This document shows, in pieces, positions 8,641 through 21,239 of a stretch of 64,000 bases of DNA. Within the stretch, counting starts at the first letter, position 1. Each line of letters opens with the position of its first letter. The notes below the pieces were generated by a model. The model did no database searches. It was not told the DNA's origin and saw only the letters and a program-made list of their open reading frames with translations. Origin of the DNA: Podarcis muralis. Lineage: Eukaryota. A program made the position numbers and the translations under genes. Where the stretch lies: contig NC_135667.1 of NCBI RefSeq assembly GCF_964188315.1, forward strand, positions 21,204,001-21,268,000, given 5' to 3'.

Positions 8641-9969
8641 TTAAAGTTTCAAAGCAAGGCTTCGGAGAGGAACCTTCCTGCTCCGCCTCTCTGGAGATGG
8701 AGGGGGGGGGGGCAGAGTTTCAGCAGGAGAATCAGGAGCTTGTGGTGGAGGCGAGGCAGTCCTGGGGGTGAGTTAAAAAGAGGTCCCTGGAAGATGGAGA
8801 ACGCATCACCCATAGGGTGCTTTAGCTGGAGAGAGAAAAGGGAAATAAATGTAAATCCATAAAGATCAGGGGGTGCTTAGCAGCTACCCCTGCGATTATT
8901 AATTTCCCAACAATACATGCTTTCTAATCAATATTGTTACCCCCCCACCCCCGCAGCCCAAATTCTCCTTTAGCTGCTTGAGGTTCCAACCTGTGCAGCC
9001 GAAAGGGATGTGCTTTGCTTTCAGAAAAGTTGTGCAATTCATGCATACAAATGGGCAGGAGAACAGACCTTTTATCAGCTAGATAATAAACAGACACCCC
9101 TTGGATATCTCTACCATGGACAGAACTGAGTGCAATCCTGAGTCAATGCTGGACTCATAAATACCCCATCCCTTGCCTGAGCCATTTCTGGAAACAGTTT
9201 GAAGCCAGGTTAAATGCCCTGGATTCCCCCAAACAATTCTGAAAAGTACTGGTGATGCAAAGAGTGATGAGGACATTATTAGAAGCCTCTGATTCCTTCC
9301 AAGAACTACAATACCAAAAGACCCTTGGGCGGGAACCCTGAGATTAAACAGGTTTCATTTAAAAGCATAGTTTGAGAATGTTGAGAGAGGGCCAACCCTG
9401 GTTCACTAGCCTCTCCCTAATCTATACCAATATTTCTCTTTTTTTAACCATATCTCATCATTTCAGGCACAATTGCTTCTCATCACTCAGAGATGTCATA
9501 TTACTCTACAGATCATCATATCCTAATTAGGGCACTCACTTGAGTCAAGAAACGCTAGTTGATTCATTGTAGCTGTTTTAATTGATCGAATCTGCACCTT
9601 CATAAAACAACAGCCCTGGAGGAAAAAACTATTTTGCTCTTCATTTTTCAGTAATGCACACACACAGACGCTTTCTTAAAGAGACGTACCCTGCTACGTA
9701 AGATAGAAAAGGAAAACGTCTTTCCTGAGATGGTTGCCTGCCAGCACACATGCTGTTTGTAAGCATTAAAAAATGATTTTTTTGAAGAAAAAAATCTGCT
9801 GCCTGATTCGTTCACACTTGTTATCGTACAAAATAATTTGTAATTGGCTGATCTGATGTCTATTTAAACGATGTTGCTGTTACGATTCTTCCACGGCTGC
9901 CTCAAATCGCCTCATGTAGTCACTGATGGATGTGAGAGAGGGAGTTTTGGGGACCAAGAATGCAGGTTT

Positions 9970-10563
9970 TGTGGGAATATTCTGGGGTGCAGGAGAGGAT
10001 ATATTGACTAATTATATCCTTATCCAACTTGTGCTAACAAGTTCCCAAAATATCAGCAGAGTTTATATACATTCCCCTTTAAGTTCGCAACGGTAACGTG
10101 TGCACAGGTTCGCTAGAACCTATATAATAATTACTCTGGTAATTTCCCCTTTGTTCCCTCTTAAAATACAAGACACAACATAGTCTTTATAAAAGTATAA
10201 AAGAGTTTACTCACGTTCTGTTCACAACATGATCCCAGAAGGCAGACAGGCTTAAAAAGTTACATATACTTAGAATCTATCTTGTTGCAAGATAGACCTT
10301 ATCTCCTCTCTTGGCTGAGAGGCAAGAGGGCATCTTTACATGCTTCCTCATCGAAGGAAAATGGCAGAGAGAGAGAGATGGCTGCCTGCCCTGTGCTTTT
10401 GTCATTACCTGGACAGTTGAGGCCACACCCACCTCTGGTCACATGTGGAGGAAGTCCATCCCCAGGAAGTTTACCTGATTGCTGGACAGACATCACTCCC
10501 CATGTACTAATATGTACACTCTAGGAATGTTGTCATTGACTGCTCCTGTGTTTACATCCCACA
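9970..10563 (-). mobile_element. Solo LTR related to the copia LTRs
   Basis: TG...CA termini, 594 bp, 5-bp TSD GGTTT (9965-9969 and 10564-10568); clearly homologous to but diverged from 14256-14845. Confidence 0.9.
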
Positions 10564-13339
10564 GGTTTGAAGAGAGTGTGAAGGTGGTACCATGAGAGAA
10601 AAGATGGCTGCAGAGGAGGGGGCCGAGGCAGACCTGGGGACTGTGACCCAAGCGCCACTGAGCCTGCAAGGCATTAAAATGGAAGAGCAATCACCAGCAA
10701 CCCTCAGAATGGGACAAGCCCTAGAAAAATCGACACAGGCTTCCTGTGTCCTTCGTGCCAGGAAGCTCTTGCAATGGAAGGTGTCTCCACTGGTCAAGGA
10801 GGAGCCAGATGCAGGAAGGATCCAGCGCTGGGAAGTCTAAGGCCCAGAGACAGAGCATCCCCTTTCCTTTGGATGGGGGAGAGCAAGGCCCACCGAAACT
10901 GAACCTTGGGATGACATCCTGGCGCTTTTCGCTTACTTTGAGCACGTGGCCTACGCCTGCCGGTGGCCAAGGGAAGAGTTGGTGGCCCGGCTTTTGCCAG
11001 CCCTGGGCGGGGAGGCCCAAGAGGCTTACCTCAGTTTGGACACTAGCGACAGAAGGGACTATGGGAAAGTGAAGGCAGCCATCTTGAAGAGGGAACCCGT
11101 GGTGTCGGAGAAGCGGAGGAGGCACTTCCGGCAGTTCCAGTACCAGGAGTCAAGGGGGCCGAGGGATGCTTGCTGGCGGCTCTGGGAGCTGTGCCGTCGT
11201 TGGCTGAGGCCGGAGAGCCGAAGCAAAGAGCAGATCCTGGAGCTGCTGATCCTGGAGCAATTCCTGACCATCTTGCCAGAGGAGGTCCGGAGCCAAGTTT
11301 GGGAGCAAGTCCCAGAAACCTGTGCCCAGGCGGTGAACCTGGCTGAGAATTTTTTGGCAAGGCAGCAGGGGGCTGAGAGGCAGGTACTCCAGGTGAGAGG
11401 ATCCTGCAGTTCCTTCTTGATCCCTGGGGTCCCAAGTTGGTCTAACCATGCGGGAAGTTTTCCTTAGGCGCTTACGCGAGGGGAGACAAAGCACCTCTCT
11501 CCTCCTGATCACCATCTAATAAAATCCTTCTCATATAAAATGTCTTCATAAAGGCAAAGATGGTCAAAGCTGCTTTATGAGCTGTGAAAATCTGGTGCAC
11601 GAAGGCTTGGAATAATATATTTAATTTGTATAGACTTTAGCTGTATGGAGAACGATGTAAGTGCTTTGCCCAAAGTTAGAAGCAAAGAATGTCCATGTCC
11701 AAAGACATAAAATCTAAACAGACAGGACACAAAAGGCAGGGAAGAGAATTAGGAGATCAGGAGTGGGGAACCTGCTGCCCCCCAGATGTTGATGGACTCT
11801 GGCTCCCATCATCCCTGACTACTGGCCATGCCTGCTGGAGACCCCCAAGGAAAGAAGGCTTGGAGCCAGGGGACTGGTGGTGGGATGACGATGGGAGATC
11901 AGAGGGAGAAGAGGGACAGGCTTGGAGGAAGCAGTGTCAGAAGCTGAAGAGGTAACAGGGTTTAGTGAGCTGGGAGAATCTGTGGCAGAGAGAAGTCTAG
12001 AAGCAGAAGCAGGAGAGGAGGGAAGCAGATAAAGAAGTCAGGGGGTCTCCCCTCCTACTGTGACCAGCTCCCTTCCCTCTGGTATCCCAGGACCAGAAGG
12101 GGTTATGAAGAGGGAGGAGCAGAGACAGGCTTGCCAGCGGAGTCTCAGGTTGCTTGGGAAGGACCCAGAGAGAAGGAGATTTTGGCATCTTCTGAGTAGG
12201 AGCAAAACCTACTCAGAAGAGTTGTTGTGCTCATTAGGACTGGCTTCCCTGAGTTTATAATTTGTATGATTTATTGCTGGCTGGCTTCCTGACATTCTGA
12301 CATCAAATCATGCTGACTCGTGAGAGTCTCCAGTTCTGTCTCAAACCTTTGCTCCCCCAAGCTGTTCCAGGGAGTTTGTGCCAGGATGTCGAATGCTCAT
12401 TCCTACCAGCCCTGTTCCTGCATTGAGCGGGACCTTCCCTGCAATTTCAGGTGTCAGGGCCATTTGAGGACACCCTCGTGAGTTCCCCAAGGGCAGAGCT
12501 GGCTCCGTCAGACACCAGGCAGAGCCTCTTCTGCAGGAAGGCCAAGCAGGCAGGTGGCGGAGGAGATGCCAGCTCTCTGGGTGAGTAGTTGCTGCATTTT
12601 TGAAATTCAAGTTTACATAGGCGTTGCCATCTTCACGGGCGCATAGCTTGTACTGTTGTTTTAACTTAGAGTGTTGAGTTTAACTTAGAGTGTTGTTCTA
12701 AGTGTTAAGTCGCATGTGATTGGTGTGCCCCCCCCCCACAAAACCCAGAACTGCAGGTGATCAACTGGGTCACCCTACCCCTACATTTGCCTCCAGCTCT
12801 CCCCTTGAGCTCTCCCCAGTTCTGTAAAATTAGTGTGCAGCAACCCTGTTCACAGAGTTTTTTATGGGGCCATCCATACCAGCTGTTTCCGCCATGTCTT
12901 GGAAACAGCAGTACTATGTTCCAGTTCATGTGATGTCCCTTATTGGAGTTCCACTTCCTGGTTTTCAGGCCAGGGCTGATATCATTCCTTGCTCTCTTCA
13001 GCCAGTTTTGGTCAAACCACACTGCGTTTCTTTTCTGATGCAGGTTCTTCTGACACTGAGGGGACATGGGACTCCCTGGCCGACGAAGGGGGCCCTGGCG
13101 GATGTGGGAAGCGAGACCCTTCTGCAGGGCCAGGTGGGCAGGGTACTAGACTGCTGTTATATACAGGAGACATCCAAATCCTTACGGGGAGGCTAACGGC
13201 TTGAGAATTATGCAGCACAAAGTTTTACCTTTGTCATGAACTTGCTAGGCAGTCTTAGGCAAAAGCCACTCTCCGTTTCAGCTCCTATCCCCCATGCTCA
13301 ACACGGGCAAAATAATGTTGAGATTCCTGCATTGCGGCG

Positions 13340-13340
<1 letters not shown>

Positions 13341-13376
<36 letters not shown>
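13341..13376 (+). repeat. (GT)n microsatellite
   Basis: Uninterrupted gt run. Confidence 0.95.
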
Positions 13377-13377
<1 letters not shown>

Positions 13378-14255
13378 ACTAGATGACCCTTGGAACCCTT
13401 TCCAATTCTATGTTTCTATGATTTTTACAGAGTTGCCATAAGAAAGCCAGTATGGTTAGTGTTGGATTAGGACCTGGGAGACCCAGGTTCAGATCCAGAT
13501 GCAGCCATAAAGCTTACAGGGTGACCTTGTGCCAGTCACACTCATTCTCTCTCCTCTATTCCCCTTTATAATAATAAATTTTATTTATACCCCGCCCTCC
13601 CGAGGCAAGACTGGGCTCAGGGCGGCTAACACCAGATATAAAAACAATTGATTAAAATGCAACTTAAAAACAAGATTAAAATACAACATTAAGATGCAGC
13701 CTCATTTCAGTAGAAACTCAAATCAAAAACCTTTTGGGGATGAAAACATCCCCAAGCTACAATTAGAGAGCTACAATTCCCTTCGAAGAGGGATTGACTA
13801 TTAAACCACTCTGGGAATTGAGAGCATTGCGAAGGGAATAGAATGGTTTCCCAACAACTCTTTGCACCCTGAATAAACTGCCCTTCCCATAATTATTTAT
13901 GGAAAGGGGTGACCATTTAAAAAGGAATCACTGTGCTTGAGATGTAGGGTGTGAATGTGGGAGGAAAAAAACGAGAATTAATTGACTTGGCCAGTCATTG
14001 GCCAGACGCTACTTGCTATTGGGCTCCCTACTTTCTGCCTTGCTGGTCCAAACGGGCACCAGCTGTTCCTTACGTAAAACATTTCTTTTCTTTTTATTCA
14101 TTAGTGCATTTACACCCCACGCAGGGTTGGCTGGCTGCAAATACTCGGCTGTATCGTTTAGAGCCTTCCTCCTGCCAGCTTCAGGCCTTCAGTCTTCTTT
14201 TCTCTCTGGCAGCTGGTAGCTGTGGAGCGGCGTCCGGATTCTCTCCCCTCCCTGC

Positions 14256-17200
14256 TGTGGGAATGTTCTGGGGTGCAGGAGAGGATATATTGACTAATTA
14301 TATCCTAATCCAACTTGTGCTAACAAGTTCCCAAAATATCAGCAGAGTTTATAAACATTCCCCTTTTGGTGCGCAACGGTAACGTGTGCACAGGTTCGCT
14401 AGAACCTCTATAATAATTACCCTGGTAATTTCCCCTTTAGTTCCCTCTTAAAATACAAGACACGACACAGTCTTCATAAAAGTATAAAAGAGTTTACTCA
14501 CGTTCTGTTCACAATGTTATCCCAGAAGGCACAGCTTAAAAAGGTTACATACATTTAGGATCTATCTTATAGCAAGATAGGCCTTATCTCCTCTCTTGGC
14601 TGGGAGCCAAGAGAGCATCCTTAGATGTTTCCTCATCGAAGGAAAATGGCAGAGAGAGAGATGGCTGCCTGCCCTGTGCTTTTTGTCATTACCTGCACAG
14701 GTGAGGCCACACCCACCTCTGGTCACATGTGGAGGAAATCCGTCCCCAGGAAGTTTACCTGCTTGCTGGACAGACATCCCCCCATGTTCTAACATGTACA
14801 CTCTAGGAATGTTGTCATTGACTGCTCCTGTGTTTACATCCCACATACCCCTTCTCAGGCAATACAACATATACAAAATATAAACAACTTTATTCAACCA
14901 CCCAGAGTCCCAGCTTGACACGTAGATTCTGGAAACTCTCTCTTGGTAGGGGTTTCGTCAGGATGTCAGCAGTCATCTCTTGGGTGCTGCAGTAGGATAG
15001 TTCCACAAGTCCATCCTGGATCATCTGGCGTATGTAGTGGTACTTAACCCCAATGTGTTTTGTTCTGGCCAGGAACTTCTCACTCTGCGTCAGCTTCAGG
15101 CAACTTTGATTGTCCTCCAGCAAGCTGACAGGCCCTTTCCTCACCAACCCAAAGTCCTTTATGAGTTGATCAAGCCAGGCGATCTCTCTGCAGGCTTCTG
15201 TTGCTGCAACGTATTCTGATTCTGTGGAAGATAATGCTACACAGCTCTGTTTATAACTGCCCCATGAAATAGGTCCATCACCAAACATGAAAACATGACC
15301 ACTTGTTGATTTATAGTCAGCATTATCCCCAGCCCAATCAGCATCAGTATACCCAATCAACTTAGGGTCTCTGACGGCTGGTAACCTTAATTTACAATTC
15401 ATGGTACCCTTCAAATATCGCACCACCCTCTTTACACCTGCCCAATCATGCTCAGTGGGAGAATTCACTTTTCTGCTAAGAATCCCCACAGCATTAGCTA
15501 AGTCAGGTCTACATGTGGTAACTAAATACAAAAGTTTACCAATCGCCGACCTGTAGTCATTGTTGTCTGGCAACTGCTTCGAATCCTGCTGATTCTTCAG
15601 GAAGTCAGTAGCCATCGGTGTAGCAACTGGATGTGCGTCTTGCATCTGCATGTGCTCAACTAGCTCGTGGATCTTCTGTCTTTGGCTAAGAAGAAATGAT
15701 CCGTCCTCTTCTCTTTCCACCTGGATCCCGAGGTAGTACTGGACATCTCCTAGCTCCTTGACCTCCACCTCTTTACTAAGGTGCTTTACTATCTGTGTAT
15801 AGTCTCTCTCACTTGCTGTGGCAATAATCAGGTCATCAACGAATGCTAGGATATATGAGAATTGTCCATTATTTGACTTACTGTACAAGCACTTGTCAGC
15901 GTCGCCTTGCTTGTACCCAAGTTGCGTCAGCATTTTATGCAACTTCTGGTTCCAGGCTCTGGCAGCCTGTTTAAGTCCATAAAGTCCTTTCTGTAGTTTG
16001 CACACTAGATGTGCCTCATGTGGTTTTACAAAACCTTTGGGCTGTTTCATATAAATTTCTTCAGAAATCTGCCCATGTAGAAAAGCGGTAGCAATGTCAA
16101 TGTGTTTCACCCTCATTTTCTTGGAGGCTGCAATGCTTAAAAGCATTCTTACGCTGCTGTACCTCACAGTTGGTGCAAAAACTTCATCGTAGTCTTCACC
16201 AAAACGCTGTGAAAATCCCTGTGCTACAAGTCTAGCTTTGTAGCGCTGCACTTCTCCTTCTGACCCCTTCTTAACCTTGAAAACCCATTTACTGCCAATG
16301 GCCTTCTTACCGGGAGGCAGCTCAGTGAGTGTCCAGGTCTTGTTCTGATGCAGTGCATCCATCTCCTCCTGCGCGGCCTTCCTCCAGAGACTGGCTTCAG
16401 CAGCTGGCATCTCCTGTATCTCTTCCCAAGTGGAAGGTTCCTGTGGAAACGCCGACCCTGCAAAGTAGGACAGCCGTAATGGTGGGACACCTTTGTTGGT
16501 TCTGGATGAGATCCTGACCTCTGGTTCTGCGACCGCATCAGCTTCCTCATCCTCCTCCAACGCAGGCATGTCCCCATCTGAGTCCTCATCTTCGTCTCTG
16601 GTGCCGCCAGGGTTCTGGTCCTCTGCGTCTTCTGGTGCGTCGCCTGTAGGGGGCACTGTAACACTCGAAGGCAGATTATTACTTTGTGGGGTCTCAAAAG
16701 GGAAATATACAAACTCTTGAGTCCTTTCTGACTCATCTGAAGAATCCACAACAGTGTTCTTAGTGTCTACTTTTCCATATTCATCAAAATAAACCGCATG
16801 GTATGCATTTGTCTTACCAGTTTGTAAGTCCATAATTCTGTATCCTTTGCCTCCAGAAGCATATCCCACAAGGATACCTGCTTTTGCCCTGGAGTCAAGC
16901 TTGTGTCTGTGTTCTTTGGGCACGTGGAAGTAACACGGACTTCCAAACACACGTATGTGTGACAGATTGGGAGCTTTCCCATGCCAAAGTTCAAATGGTG
17001 TGCGCTCTGCACCTTTAGTTGGCAGTCTATTCTGCAAATAGACTGACGTGTATACTCCTTCGGCCCACAGCTTTTGTGGCAAACGTGCATCCTTTAGCAT
17101 GCACCTTGTCATGTCCATAATGGACCTAAACTTTCTCTCAGCTATGGCATTCTGCTGTGGTGTGTAAGGAATTGTGGTTACGTGTGCAATTCCTTCTCTG

Positions 17201-19778
17201 GCCAGGAGAGCCTGCACTTCATTTGAGCAGTACTCACCTCCATTGTCACTCATTAACACAGCTGGAGCTCTCTGGAATTTGTTCTTGACCATGGCAATGT
17301 ATTCCTGGAGCTTGTCCACTGTCTCACTCTTCTCTTTGAGGAAATATACAACACAAAATCTTGAAAAATCATCCAGAAATATTAAAATGTATCTATTCTT
17401 TCCCAGTGAGGGAACATTCATGGGTCCACATATGTCAGTGTGCACTATGTCAAGCACTTTGTTGCTTCTTTGTTCTGCACAACGTGGAAATGAAGGTTTT
17501 ATAGCCTTCTCAGTAATACAGCTTATGCACTTTGCTGGAGCTTTGTTGCTCTGCTTTACCTGCAAACCTCTTACAAGATTTCTTTTCTGTAGATCCAGAA
17601 TGGCGCTGGTGTCCCTGTGTCCTAGCCTTCTGTGCCATAAGTCCAGATCTGCTTCATCCTTCTGGCTGGAATGTGCCACTTTTGCAGACTGGTTCTCTGA
17701 AAGATCAAGCTCATATACACCATTTATTAGCTTTGCTTGAGCAAACACTTTGCCACTTCTAGTCACTTTACATTCTCCATTTCCAAATGTGACCTGGAAA
17801 CCTTTCTTGTCCAAAGTGGACACGCTGATTAAATTGCAACTCAGCTCTGGAACATACAAAACTCTAGAGATTGTGTTCTCAATGCATTCATTGTTTATAT
17901 TGCATTTCAGGCTCATGGAACCTGCACCTTTTGCTTTAACAATGTTGCCATCTGCAATCTCAATTTCAGATCCTTCTTCATCATTTATTTCATTAATCTC
18001 ATTAAAATAGTCCTTTTTATATGAAAAATGCGAACTGGCACCTGAATCTAAAATCCATTTGTTACGTTTATTTTCACGATTCTGGACAGCTAAGTTCCTT
18101 TCTTGCAGTAACCATGTGCATTCACATTTCCCCTTCTTTTCCCCTTTTGGCTGAAAGGGGTGGGGTTTCTTGGCTTTAGGAGCTCTGCAGTTCTTTGCAA
18201 TGTGTCCTTCTTTGTTACAATTGAAGCAAATCACTTTCTTAGGCATCTCTTTGGACTTTGTACATTGCCTAGATGCATAACTGCTGTCCTTGCTTCTAGC
18301 ATTCCTCACTGGAGATTCAGCTCTATCTCTGCATTCTTCTTTTAAATAACCAATCAAGTCTTTAAAAGTCAGACCTTGTCTATGATCCATCAAACTTACA
18401 AATGTGCTAAAGCGTGGTCCAAGTGATGATAACAAAAATGCTATCTTTGTATCCTCATCAAAAGCTTTGGGAGTCAGATCAATTCTTTGAATAATCTCAG
18501 TAAACTTGTTGATGTGCTCTGTGAATTCCTCTTTTGAATTCATCCTCAATCTGGTTAATTTACACACCAAGTTTCTGAAGCTGTTTATGCTAGATTCTCC
18601 ATACACGCGTTCAATATCTCTTAAGATTTGAGATGCATCATCTGTACTATTTATTAATGATAGCTGCTCATCACGAAGTCCACTCAAAATTATGTGTCTA
18701 GCTTCGCTGTTCATGCGTTTCCAAGCACTTATCTTGGCTAAATCTCCCTCAGACGATCCCGTAGGTTGAGGGTTTAAAGCTTCCAAAATATGCTTATAAT
18801 CTAAACATGCTATCAAGCGCTGCTTCCAGTGTATGAAATTGTATTCATTCAGCACAGGCATTCCAAGCTTTGCATCACTATCAAAAGCTGCTCTAGCCAT
18901 CTTAAAATCCAAAATTTGAAAATTCTTCAAAATTTCAAAATTTCTCAAAATTTTAAAATCAAAATCTCAAAAATCTCAAAATGCAAAACAATTCTTCACT
19001 GCCTTGGGTCACTGTGAACTCTGAGGGAAGGGGGGGGGGTTGCTTAATCCCCACTGCACAATGGAACAAAGGACCATGTGCTTACCAGGAAGTTAACTCA
19101 GAAAAAATACTACTCAACTCAAAATCACAATCCAACGCAATCCTTCAAAAATACGCAGAAATATGCAATACTGGGCCCACTAACCCTTTGTGGGAATGTT
19201 CTGGGGTGCAGGAGAGGATATATTGACTAATTATATCCTAATCCAACTTGTGCTAACAAGTTCCCAAAATATCAGCAGAGTTTATAAACATTCCCCTTTT
19301 GGTGCGCAACGGTAACGTGTGCACAGGTTCGCTAGAACCTCTATAATAATTACCCTGGTAATTTCCCCTTTAGTTCCCTCTTAAAATACAAGACACGACA
19401 CAGTCTTCATAAAAGTATAAAAGAGTTTACTCACGTTCTGTTCACAATGTTATCCCAGAAGGCACAGCTTAAAAAGGTTACATACATTTAGGATCTATCT
19501 TATAGCAAGATAGGCCTTATCTCCTCTCTTGGCTGGGAGCCAAGAGAGCATCCTTAGATGTTTCCTCATCGAAGGAAAATGGCAGAGAGAGAGATGGCTG
19601 CCTGCCCTGTGCTTTTTGTCATTACCTGCACAGGTGAGGCCACACCCACCTCTGGTCACATGTGGAGGAAATCCGTCCCCAGGAAGTTTACCTGCTTGCT
19701 GGACAGACATCCCCCCATGTTCTAACATGTACACTCTAGGAATGTTGTCATTGACTGCTCCTGTGTTTACATCCCACA
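14256..19778 (-). mobile_element. Full-length Ty1/copia LTR retrotransposon
   Basis: LTRs 14256-14845 and 19189-19778 (590 bp each, TG..CA, no difference seen by eye); TSD CCTGC (14251-14255, 19779-19783); PBS-like GGTTAGTGGGCCCAG next to the 5' LTR; PPT GAGAAGGGGTA next to the 3' LTR. Confidence 0.97.
14890..18900 (-). CDS. Copia gag-pol polyprotein (single ORF, about 1336 aa from the ATG at 18900)
   Basis: CFNCNKEGHIAKNC knuckle, WILDSGASSH protease, LWHRRLGH and TDICGP/SDNGGEY/ERK integrase, KARLVAQG and FVDDLI RT, TDADWAG/EDNQ/ADILTK RNase H, in PR-IN-RT-RH order. Confidence 0.96.
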   Translation of the reverse strand: MARAAFDSDAKLGMPVLNEYNFIHWKQRLIACLDYKHILEALNPQPTGSSEGDLAKISAWKRMNSEARHIILSGLRDEQLSLINSTDDASQILRDIERVYGESSINSFRNLVCKLTRLRMNSKEEFTEHINKFTEIIQRIDLTPKAFDEDTKIAFLLSSLGPRFSTFVSLMDHRQGLTFKDLIGYLKEECRDRAESPVRNARSKDSSYASRQCTKSKEMPKKVICFNCNKEGHIAKNCRAPKAKKPHPFQPKGEKKGKCECTWLLQERNLAVQNRENKRNKWILDSGASSHFSYKKDYFNEINEINDEEGSEIEIADGNIVKAKGAGSMSLKCNINNECIENTISRVLYVPELSCNLISVSTLDKKGFQVTFGNGECKVTRSGKVFAQAKLINGVYELDLSENQSAKVAHSSQKDEADLDLWHRRLGHRDTSAILDLQKRNLVRGLQVKQSNKAPAKCISCITEKAIKPSFPRCAEQRSNKVLDIVHTDICGPMNVPSLGKNRYILIFLDDFSRFCVVYFLKEKSETVDKLQEYIAMVKNKFQRAPAVLMSDNGGEYCSNEVQALLAREGIAHVTTIPYTPQQNAIAERKFRSIMDMTRCMLKDARLPQKLWAEGVYTSVYLQNRLPTKGAERTPFELWHGKAPNLSHIRVFGSPCYFHVPKEHRHKLDSRAKAGILVGYASGGKGYRIMDLQTGKTNAYHAVYFDEYGKVDTKNTVVDSSDESERTQEFVYFPFETPQSNNLPSSVTVPPTGDAPEDAEDQNPGGTRDEDEDSDGDMPALEEDEEADAVAEPEVRISSRTNKGVPPLRLSYFAGSAFPQEPSTWEEIQEMPAAEASLWRKAAQEEMDALHQNKTWTLTELPPGKKAIGSKWVFKVKKGSEGEVQRYKARLVAQGFSQRFGEDYDEVFAPTVRYSSVRMLLSIAASKKMRVKHIDIATAFLHGQISEEIYMKQPKGFVKPHEAHLVCKLQKGLYGLKQAARAWNQKLHKMLTQLGYKQGDADKCLYSKSNNGQFSYILAFVDDLIIATASERDYTQIVKHLSKEVEVKELGDVQYYLGIQVEREEDGSFLLSQRQKIHELVEHMQMQDAHPVATPMATDFLKNQQDSKQLPDNNDYRSAIGKLLYLVTTCRPDLANAVGILSRKVNSPTEHDWAGVKRVVRYLKGTMNCKLRLPAVRDPKLIGYTDADWAGDNADYKSTSGHVFMFGDGPISWGSYKQSCVALSSTESEYVAATEACREIAWLDQLIKDFGLVRKGPVSLLEDNQSCLKLTQSEKFLARTKHIGVKYHYIRQMIQDGLVELSYCSTQEMTADILTKPLPRESFQNLRVKLGLWVVE

Positions 19779-21239
19779 CCTGCACCAACCAGAAATGAAG
19801 ACTATGGAGAGAGGCTTGTGGGAGCTGAGGGGCTCCCAGCACACCTGATCGCCGCCAGCAGGGGCAGCGCGTACCTGTGTTCCCAATGCGGGAAAGGGTT
19901 TTGTTGGCCGTCGGCGTTGGCCGTCCACCAGAAGACCCACATGGGGGAGAAGCGGCACCGCTGCGCTGAGTGCGGGAAGCGCTTTGGCCAGCGCAGCCAT
20001 TTGACGGTGCAGCGGAGGATCCACTCGGGAGAGAAGCCGTACGGGTGTCCTCAGTGCGGGAAGCAGTTTGTCGACTCCTCTCACCTCACCAAGCACCAGA
20101 GGACACACTTGGGGGACAGGCCCCAGCACTGCGCTGAGTGTGGGCGAAGGTGTGCCAATAAACGCTCGCTCGTGCAGCACCAGCGAATTCACAGCAGGGA
20201 GAAGTCCTAGGCCTGGGGATGAGCCTAGGCCCCTCTTGAGATTCAGGGGCTGAGTTATATTGCTGTAAGGCGGAGATTTGGCCCTCTAGGTATCACTGGT
20301 CTGCAGCTGCCATCATTGCTGGCCATGCTGGCTGTGACGGAGGACCGAAGGTTCAGTTCCTCATTCCTGGTGTAACTGAAGAGAAAGGAGCCCCTGTTTC
20401 CACCCTTTGTCCCCCTGGGGGAAGAAACCAACAGATGCTCAGGGGTCTCTGGGGGTTTTCCTGTCTCTCACAGCTACAATAAACCTACCATTAAAATTAT
20501 GGACTGGTCATTTCTTCGTCAGAGGGCAAACGGGCAAATTTAGCAGGGGATCAAATACTTCCCCCCTCTCACTGTATATAGCAATGAGGAAGCATGCTTG
20601 GGTGAGCTGGTCCTGCAGGTCGGTAGTAGCAGCCAGCTGTGCCTAGCGCTCTGAATATCAAACAGAATTCTTCCCAGCCCTTGGAGCCCTTTTGGAATGT
20701 AAAAAAAATATGTTTTCTTTTAAAATTAATGCATTGACAAATAAGTAGATAAGAAGGCGTTCATGTTTCAGGAGCCTACTTGAAATATAAAGGGAATGAC
20801 ATCTGAACCGGTGTTTGATTTGGTGGTATGTATGTCATTCAGTTCTGAAGGTGGGCTGAAGAATTTGTTGTTATATCTGCCTTCACAACATGAAAGCGTT
20901 TGTGACTGAATTTTACCCCAGGTCAGAGAGGTGTCATTGAGTATAGGAGGTGTGATCAGAATCCATATTTGTTTCTCTTAAAAACAGGCATGACCTCTAA
21001 CAGAAGAGGTGATTGTAAATGAACTTAACGGAAGATAGTCAGGCCTACCAGACCAATGGGCCTGTACATTTATCTCTTCCCCCTCCCCATTACACATCTT
21101 TTAGAGTGGTCTAAAATTTTGATTTCTTCTCCAGGGCCAACACTTGGGCAAAGTGACGTCTGGTGCCCCCCCCCCCAATCGATAAGTCCTGGTGGGCTAT
21201 CCTGACTATGGCAAGGGCAAAAAGAGCAGTGGTCTAGGC

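Larger units (their letters stand above)
10592..20210 (+). pseudogene. SCAN + degenerate KRAB-like + 4xC2H2 zinc-finger gene, disabled (exons 10592-11392, 12451-12580, 13044-13133, 14213-14255 joined to 19784-20210)
   Basis: SCAN domain ([35 protein letters not shown]); compatible splice phases 0/1/1; removing the copia and one TSD restores the frame into the fingers (CSQC, CAEC, CPQC, CAEC). In-frame TAA at 10838-10840; finger 2 lacks its first His (HLTVQRRIH). Confidence 0.85.
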
